Source of the DNA: Octopus sinensis
Lineage: Eukaryota
DNA: 64,000 bases
Assembly: GCF_006345805.1 (NCBI RefSeq)
Contig: NC_043003.1
Span: forward strand, 99,510,001 to 99,574,000
Reading direction: 5' to 3'
The stretch's first letter is position 1. Each line of letters starts with the position of its first letter. A model generated the notes under the pieces. It saw only the letters and a program-made list of their open reading frames with translations, did no database searches and had not been told where the DNA came from. Positions 55,340-64,000 of the stretch are shown one piece after another. Position numbers and translations under genes: made by a program.

Positions 55340-56290
55340 TAAAGCTACCACCGCGCCAAGAGGGTGGGTGCATCAAGGTCTTACTTTATTCCAGTTTTCA
55401 CAGCAAAAGATTCAGAGAGCCTACCACCAAAGTTATCTCTAGCTTTCATATTTTGATGCAAAGCCCTGATCGTATTTACAAATTTTTCTGGGCAATGCAT
55501 TTTCCTTATAATTAGCAACAGAGCATTTTGATTAACAGTATCGAATGCTTTGCTCAAATCAACAGAGCAATGGTATAGAGCAAGGTTCTGTTCAATACAC
55601 TTTCTGATACAATCAGCTGTGCCTCTGGAGGGACGAAAACCACACTGAGACTCAGACACTATATTTGGAACTATGAAGGTATTTAAAAGTTCTAACAAAA
55701 TGCGGGCAAGTACCTTTCCAACATCTTGTTGAAATTATCAAGAAGTGTGCACACATTCCAACAACCGAAATTCAAATTATGTTTATTTTTATTTTTTCTT
55801 GAAGATTGTTTGACCACAGTGACAGGATGACAACCGGGTCCAGCGTGTGATACACTGGGACTCCTGCAGAGCCAAACCTGTTCCCTTGACGTTCTCAAGC
55901 CTATTTTGCCATTTAGTGAATCTGTTTGAGACATTTTAGAGTAAGTTACAAGTGCATCTTTAGGTTTCTGCCAACCAACCAATTCAAGGATTTTACTAAG
56001 ATTTGGTGTAAAGGAAGTACTTGTTCAAATGAATAATTTTCGTGGGTGTAGCATGCACTGCACTACCTTGGCCCAAGAAGACTTTCGCCGGTGTGACATG
56101 AAAATTGACAAAACCAAGAACTTCCAAGGCCTCAGGTTTTATTTCGGAGATTTCCTTCTCCTAGGTAGATTACCAAACAAGGTTAAAGAGCTTCTTCCTG
56201 CCCATGAGGTAAGCTAACCCATACCAGACACCAAACCGACACTCAAACATTCTATAAAGTGATCAAATATCACTCCGGTGAGCGACGCGG
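55340..56290 (-). mobile_element. RTE-clade LINE, internally deleted
   Basis: LNFGCWNVCTLLD (EN start) joined to ESQCGFRPSRGT...VDLSKAFDTV (RT). Confidence 0.8.
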
Positions 56291-56519
56291 AGTAGCTCAT
56301 ACATACATAAAAAAAGATATGTACGATATGTGATTTTCAAATGTAAATAAGAATTAAATAGAAATAATATATATAAATATAAAAAAGTAAAAGATATGCA
56401 ATTGAAAAATATAAAGTAAGATTTAACTATAAATGATATATATATATATATAAGTAAAAATATACATATATATATATATATACATAAAAAAAAGATATAT
56501 ATATATTTACAGATATTTT

Positions 56520-59500
56520 GTAGGATGGCCGTTGTCTGTTCACTCGCGCTGGTGTTCAGACATGTTTTTGATTCGCTCCGCTGAGAGGTATTGCTGTGCT
56601 ATTTTGTTGTATTGTTGAACTTTTTCTTGTGTTAGTCGCAAAGACTACTTGTTTTCTGGTGTTACAGCAGATTTGTTTGTTTTGCCCCTTGTTTCAAGGG
56701 GGAAAGAAAATTTTATTATGAATTTGACACCTATTTCTTCTGAGGAGGGGGAAAATTTCGACATATTACTACAAGCCATGTTTGAAAATATATCGAAAGA
56801 AATTGAGACTGTTGAACAGGGGGAAGATGTGCATGTTTTAAAAGCGAAAGAAAATGCCTGGTGAACATGTGGAAAAACCAAAAGTGAATTTTGCTGCAGC
56901 AACAAACCGTTTAAGTGAAGACAGGAATATCAAAAAGAAAGAGCTACAGAAATATAAAGGGCTACTTCACAAGGAGGGATATGATGTTAAATTGGTCCTA
57001 CCAAGTCAGATGATGCATACAACTGAAAGAAGACGTTGATTTACAAAATGTTTCACGTGAAACGAAAAAAAAGACTCTGTGTCTAAAGAAGCAACAGAGA
57101 AGTACTTAAGCAATAGAGAAGCAATAGAGAAGTACTTATGTAACTAGGGGAAGACGGTTTGGGACAGTGTAGGCTCGTTTTCCTAGTGAAGAATCAACCT
57201 AAAATCTACAGAGGTGGTTCTCCTGCCAACTTACCTCAGAAGGCAGACTTCCAAAGTAAGGGTGAGCGAAATTCCACCAGAAATAGATGTGGCATGGCTG
57301 GTGGCCGCCATTATCATGGGCCTGGAGGAGAAAATTACCATCCTCCAAGCAACCAGATACCATCACATGAACCGGATAGGACAGGCTCTCGAAATGATCA
57401 TCCAAGCTGCGCCCCTCGACCTAGAAGAAATCCCCAATTCCATTTTAATTGGGGAGGACACTAGCCTGAAGCTCCTGGTCGAGGGGCGCAAGCCAAGATG
57501 TTACAAATGTGGTGAGAAAGACCACATCAGAGCAGAATGCGAGAAAGGAAAAAGGAAAGAAGACAACCACACCACAAAAGAAACCACAGCACCAGAAAAG
57601 GCAACTGCAGCACCAGGAAAACCACATCACCAGAAAAAGCAATCGCGGTGCCTCTACATACCGAAGAACAGCCGGCACCGCGGGAAGACACTAATAACCA
57701 GGAGTGGGTAATCGTTGAAACGTCAAAGGGAAGACGGATACGTAAAGACCCCACCTCATCGGATACACCGACTTGTGCACCCACAGAGACACGCGCAAGC
57801 ACACACACACTCCCACAAATACATACGCAAGCACACAAATATTCAAAAAAACACACACACTCACAAACACACACGCACAAAAAATACACACGCATCCACA
57901 AACACACATGCAAGCACACACGCACCTACAAACACACACGTATCTACAAGCACACATGCATCTACAAGCACGCACGCACCCTCAAACACACACGCATCAA
58001 CAAGCACACACACACACATTCCTCACCAATCACCCATTAAAAAAAGATTAACAACATAATGGTAATAAACAACAATAACAAACTCTTAAAAGAAAAAATT
58101 CAAGTAATTACGTCAGCAAAAAGATACAAAATAACAGAGATAATTTTAGTAGCGCCACATGTCGAATTTTACACCATTAACAGTACTTCAACCATACGGT
58201 CTTTGACGGACCCACATGGTCGTTCAGTAAACAAACTCGAAGAGATGTTCGAGGTGTTTCACGAGTATTTCACCCAGCTTTTCGGGAAGGGCGGCAGACC
58301 GGAATGTAGGGAGAGCTCACAGACTTCCGCGAGAGGATGCGGTGCGCCGCGCCTCTTGGGCAGGATACGGAATCTTGTGAAGGGCCGATCACAGCTACGG
58401 GGGTCGAGGTAGCGGTAGCAGATTGCGGTGGGGACAAATCGCCAAGACTTGATGGTTTGCCTTATGAACTGTATTGTAGTATGCCAGATTTGTTTGGGCA
58501 TCTACTTGCATGCGTGTACACCAACTGGCAACAGAATTGGAGAATTCCCAAGTCTGTGAACCGGGGGTTGTGGAGCTGCTAAGAAAGGACCCAAACAAGG
58601 GGGACGTAATTGATAATTTTCGGCCCATCACTCTCCTTAATGCAGAGTTGAAGATTTTGGCCAGGGTTTTAGCAAAAAGGTTGGCGCGGGTCGTGAGTGG
58701 ACTTCTTGGGGAAGCGCAAACATGTGCCATCCTTGGCAGCTCCGTTCACGACAATCTCCACTTTCTACGCCATGCTTTAGAGAGGGTAAATAGAATTTCT
58801 GGCAACGGTAGGGCTATGGTCCATTTAGACCAATCCAAAGTGTTCGATAGGGTTGACCATTTGTAACTGGCGGCGGTCCTTGCGGCAGTTAGTTTCGGCC
58901 CGACCTTCCGTGGGCGGGTCATTGCTTTATACAGCGACATCGAATCGATAGTTCGAGTGAACGGTTTCTTTACGGAGCCGTTCTACGTTGAACAATCGGT
59001 GCATCAAGGGTACCCTCTCTCTCCGCTTCTGTACATTTTGGTCCTCGATCCATTGCTGAGGAAGTTGGAGGCTATGAGGGGCACTCCACAATATCTAGGG
59101 TGCGGAAAGTCAGCTTCGGCGTACGCGGATGACATCACTATGATCATATCCCAGGTCGAGCACCTACAGTGGGTAGGTGAGGCCATAAGGGATTACCAAG
59201 CGGTGGCAGGAGCAAAAATTAATCGCGATAAATCGGTCGGCTTGCTACTCGACACCTGGAGGGGCAAGTCGATACCGTCCGACAACGTCGTGGGACGTTG
59301 GATGGACAGTCCGGTGAAAATGCTTGGAATTTGGTAAGGTCCAAATCTCCAGATAGAGGAGAATTGGAGCGAGGTGGCGGGCAACTCAGACCTGGTCTGA
59401 GCGGAAGCTGTCTCTGAAAGGGAGGGCGGAGGTTGCAGAGGTGTTTATCACATCTGTAATTACCTACCGCCTGACTGTCATCCCATGTCCCGATTCGTGG

Positions 59501-59575
59501 CTAAACAAGTTGGAACGCATGCTCTTCCGCTTTCTGTGGAGGGGCAGGGGACCTCTTGTAAAGCGGTCTATCTGC
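56520..59575 (+). mobile_element. Tx1/L1-clade LINE: ORF1 (CCHC) plus RT, endonuclease deleted, 3' truncated
   Basis: CYKCGEKDHIRAEC; KSPRLDGLPYELY; NFRPITLLNAE; LDQSKVFDRVDH; QGYPLSP; AYADDI. Confidence 0.88.
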
Positions 59576-59608
59576 TTATATTAATTATATGTATATAATT
59601 AATGTAAT

Positions 59609-59679
<71 letters not shown>

Positions 59680-59755
59680 TGTGTGTGTGTGTGAACGTAT
59701 ATTATTTAATATTCACCCTCTCCAAAAGTGCTACAAATGGTTTCATGCTTTAGAA

Positions 59756-59979
59756 AAGTGATTCTCAACTAGGGTCCATATAAGGTTTTGTTGTTAAAAT
59801 CTATGCGCAATAAACTTATATTTCTACAATGCACAAAATATTTAAACATTCTTTTATACAATTCTGAATTACATATAATCATAAAAATATAAGAATTTTT
59901 ATATAATGAGTGTCGCACCTCCTGAATGAAATAGGAATAAAAAGAGGATCCATAGGCAAAAAATGGTTGAGAAGCACTG
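59756..59979. mobile_element. hAT (Charlie-type) MITE
   Basis: TIRs agtgattctcaac / gttgagaagcactg; flanks ctttagaa / cagtagag resemble NTCTAGAN. Confidence 0.6.
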
Positions 59980-60374
59980 CAGTAGAGATACAATATATTG
60001 ACACATTTATATAGCATGCTCTGTACCTCCAAGCAATCTGTCAGGCTCAGTGCATATCGTTAGATGTAGCTAAAAACCAGGACACTGGTCTATGAGAAAT
60101 TACGTAGGGGGAAAGAAACCAGAAGAATAAAATGCAAAGAAGATTGATGCAAAATGTGGAATGAGAAGAATGAAAAGAAGAGTATGAAAACCAAGATCTT
60201 CATCTACTGTAAACATATAAATATATATTTTTATTTATGCGAGTGTGCTCATATGTATGGGCGTTATATATGCCTATATGCATGCACACATGTATATGTA
60301 TGTATGTATGTATGTATGTAAGTATGTATATATATATGTATATAAATATATGTGTGTGTGTATGTGTGTATATG

Positions 60375-60408
<34 letters not shown>

Positions 60409-60889
60409 TACACACAAACTACAATGGGCATATGTGAGTTTGTGTATGTGTGTGTGTGCGCGCGCACTATACTATTTATTTTTTGTACTATGATTTTCAG
60501 TGGCGACAATTATAACGGCTATGTGTGGGAGTATAAGTATATGCATGCATGATGATATGTGTGTGTGTGTGTGTGTTTGTGTACACATACCATTCTGTCT
60601 TTTTTTTTTTTTGCACAAGTAATCTTCATAGCAGCAATTATAACAGGTGTGTGTGGGTGTATTATAAAAATATTTGTTTTCATCGAAACTCTCGTTTGCA
60701 TTGCAGAGTTTTATGTTTATCTTGTCATAAATGAGAAATATGTCTCGTCGCCATTTTGGAAGCTCATCTTCAGAAACAGTGTACCCAAAAATCAATACCG
60801 TTGCTGCTGGCTAAAGCCAAGTCTTCCTTTACAGAACAGATTTATGATAAATGCTACCCTGGCGGTGACTATTCCGTCTTTTTCTTATC

Positions 60890-61146
60890 TTTATCTTTTA
60901 CTTGTTTCAGTCATTAGTCTGCGATCAAGCTGGGGCACCACATTGAGAAATCTTAGTCAAACTAGTTGACTCCAGTACTTATTTCCTTTTTAAGCCTGAT
61001 ATTTATTATATCGGTTCTTTTGCCGAACCGCTAAGTTACTAGGGACATAAACACGCCAACTCCGGTTGTCAAGCGGCGGTGAGGGACAAACACAGACACA
61101 AAAACGCACACACTGATATACATATATGTATATGTATACGTATATG

Positions 61147-61212
<66 letters not shown>

Positions 61213-61345
61213 CATATACGACGGCCATCTTTCAGCTTCCGTCTACCAAATCCACTTATAAGAATTTGGTCATCTCGGTACTATAGTAGAAAATATTTGC
61301 CCAAGATGTCACACAGTGCGAGTGAACCCGGAAACATTTGGTTGG
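60890..61345 (-). mobile_element. SINE family A
   Basis: Reverse complement of 19004-19400. Confidence 0.8.
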
Positions 61346-61920
61346 GACACACAGGCACGCCTGCGTCTATCACTAAAGTTCACCTATAGAATCCTATGTC
61401 TTTCCTTTTGTTTTTTTTCAGACGCTTGGGTGTAATGGTATGATATACGATAGATATGCTGTGTTCGGAACGTCTAGTGACTACATAGAGGCTCCTCATC
61501 GATTATTCTCTTTTATGCTATCTCATCTCGAACCTGGGACCACACCAGACTAATAACACGTGGATGGAGACTGCATACTACTCGGGAAAGCTTATTTTTT
61601 ATGGGTGGTGGGTGTGAAGCTGATTTCAAGCTGCCCAGGATTAACACACAAACAATGCTTTATTTTCTCCAGTGCGATAATGCAGTGTCAACGTCCCAAG
61701 TACTCACTTTTTTAAAGTCTGTCTGTCTCTTTTGTCGAATGCTAAGTTACGGGGACATTAGCAAACCTATATCGGTTGTCAAATGTTCATGGGGTACAAT
61801 CACCGCACAAACACAAATAAATACACATGTACACTACATACACATGTATGTAATATTTAAATACATGGATGTCTATATATATGTATATATATATATAGCT
61901 ACACACACACATACATACAT

Positions 61921-61955
<35 letters not shown>

Positions 61956-61968
61956 TACACACACACAC

Positions 61969-62012
<44 letters not shown>

Positions 62013-62244
62013 GATAAGTGGTTAAGAGTCCACACAAATCAAAGAGTACAATTAAAAAGTAAATAAAACTGGAAAAGTCACAAAAGCATTCTAAAATATA
62101 CTTTTGTAACTTTTCTAACTTTACTTACTTTTTAAATAACATATATATATAAAATATGAATTAGAGATAAAATCACTATTAGGCAACACAAACAGTGATA
62201 GACATAAGCCAATACATAAATAAAATATATTATAAATATAATTA

Positions 62245-62302
<58 letters not shown>

Positions 62303-62356
62303 AAAATTTTCCAAAGAGTATAAAAAGAATGATAAATATAATATAATAAGTAAAAA

Positions 62357-62456
62357 CACTATGTACGTTTCATGGCTATAATTAAATTCGAATTACAATT
62401 AAGTTTAAATTCAATTGAAATAAATTCGAACTAAAATTATAGTCAATCTTCAGGTT
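62357..62456 (-). ncRNA. Decayed hammerhead ribozyme with long stem II in a PLE-type 3' end (~62150-62700)
   Basis: CTGAAGA-ttgactataatt...aattatagccat-GAAA-cgtacata. Confidence 0.55.
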
Positions 62457-62851
62457 AATGATAATAGTTAAATAAATAAGCAAATAGAGTTAAACAATAT
62501 TTTTTTAAAAATAAATAAAATAATAATTTTTCTTATAAAAAATCTCCATTATCTAAATTAGAAACTTAAAACATTAGGATTATGTCATACAACCCATTTA
62601 TTATGTTAAATATTTATTTTTAAGTTAAAAAAAAATTAGATAGAAATATGTATTTATCTATGAAGATATAATATGGCTTTAAAAAACATAATAAACTCAC
62701 AAATATCCTTAACTCAGTTAAGGATGTACATACCTACATATATATGTATATATACATGTATATATGGGTACAGGACATCAAAACAACGTTGACTACAATG
62801 AGAAACGAAAACATAAAAGCAAAAACATAGAAACGAACTTTTTATCATATA

Positions 62852-62917
<66 letters not shown>

Positions 62918-63202
62918 ATAGAAAAGATCCCGAGGAACGGTTAAAAGGTAGCCATATAAGGTAGGTGTCCCATAAGCGTCCTAGGAATTAGTAATCACAC
63001 TTGCGTGGGAGTTAATTCTGAGAAGTGAGACGTGTTTTGGAGAACATAAGAATAATGTAAAAGGGAGGAAAACGCTCAAGATATTATTTAAATCATTTAT
63101 ATCACAATACATATGTATGTATGTGGATATGTATATATGTGTGTGTGTGCGTGTGCATGTGTGTATATGTATGTACATATATAGATATATGTATATGCAT
63201 AT

Positions 63203-63346
<144 letters not shown>

Positions 63347-63379
63347 ATATATATATAAATTTTTGGTTGGGCAATTCAT

Positions 63380-63886
63380 TTTCCGAGTTTGGACACTTTT
63401 CCATGCTGTTGAAGAAGGTGTCTATCAGTTGAATTACATGAATTGAGCTTGCTACCCAGTTCTTCAACTATCACAGCATTATTCTTCTCAAGCTCTGGCA
63501 TCGAATTCAACAGGGCGTTCTATTCGTAGCTTCCCTCTTAGGCTGAAATCATCATTTTTGAACTTGGCAAAACATTTTCAACTTTTTCGTTGCAAACCAT
63601 CTTCCGCAACTTCTTTCGTTCAAGCTGCTACTGCACTATTCCCTTTTCTGCATTCATAAAGCATTATATGACTTAAATGTTCCTTCATTGCGTCGATCTT
63701 TGAGAGGTTAATATAAGTAATTAATTCAGTCAGATTATATGCTGTAAAAAGAAATTATATTAAGTTAAAGCTTTCCAAATTCATATGAGTAACACAATCA
63801 ATACTATTTGACATTTTAATAATACTGTAAAATTTTATGGAAATTACATATATGACATTTCGGACATTATTTACAAGATGACCTGG
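63380..63886 (-). mobile_element. Mariner relic (5' part, HTH)
   Basis: MKEHLSHIMLYECRKGNSA...FAKFKNDDFSL...RPVEFD. Confidence 0.7.
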
Positions 63887-64000
63887 TATGTATGTATGTA
63901 TGTGTGTATGTATGTATGTATGTATGTATGTATGTATGTATGTATGTATGTATGTATGCATGCATGCATGTATGTATGTATGTATGTATGTATGTATGTA

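Overview
AT-rich, microsatellite-saturated animal DNA, almost entirely transposon-derived. The SINE families resemble the octopus OK/OR tRNA-SINEs as I recall them, so an octopod cephalopod is the likely source (inference, not searched). No intact host gene is visible, only one or two weak exon candidates. Contents: several Penelope-like elements (PLEs; RT plus C-terminal GIY-YIG) including a 3.2-kb near-perfect palindrome, R4/Dong-like, Tx1/L1, RTE and CR1 LINE relics, a hAT transposon with 8-bp TSD and its deletion derivative, mariner relics, a Helitron helicase fragment and many SINEs. The most notable signal is invisible in the ORF track: about 15 hammerhead-ribozyme (HHR) motifs, intact or decayed. 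Most have a minimal or palindromic stem III, several carry the U3-A8 core variant, and they sit near the 3' ends of coding and non-coding PLE-type elements that end in (TA)n/(TAA)n. These elements repeatedly form inverted or foldback structures, including a ~400-bp non-coding hairpin element with an intact HHR between its arms (retrozyme-like). An ORF1-only (HAL1-like) Tx1 derivative is inserted in a SINE head. Most listed short ORFs are microsatellite noise.
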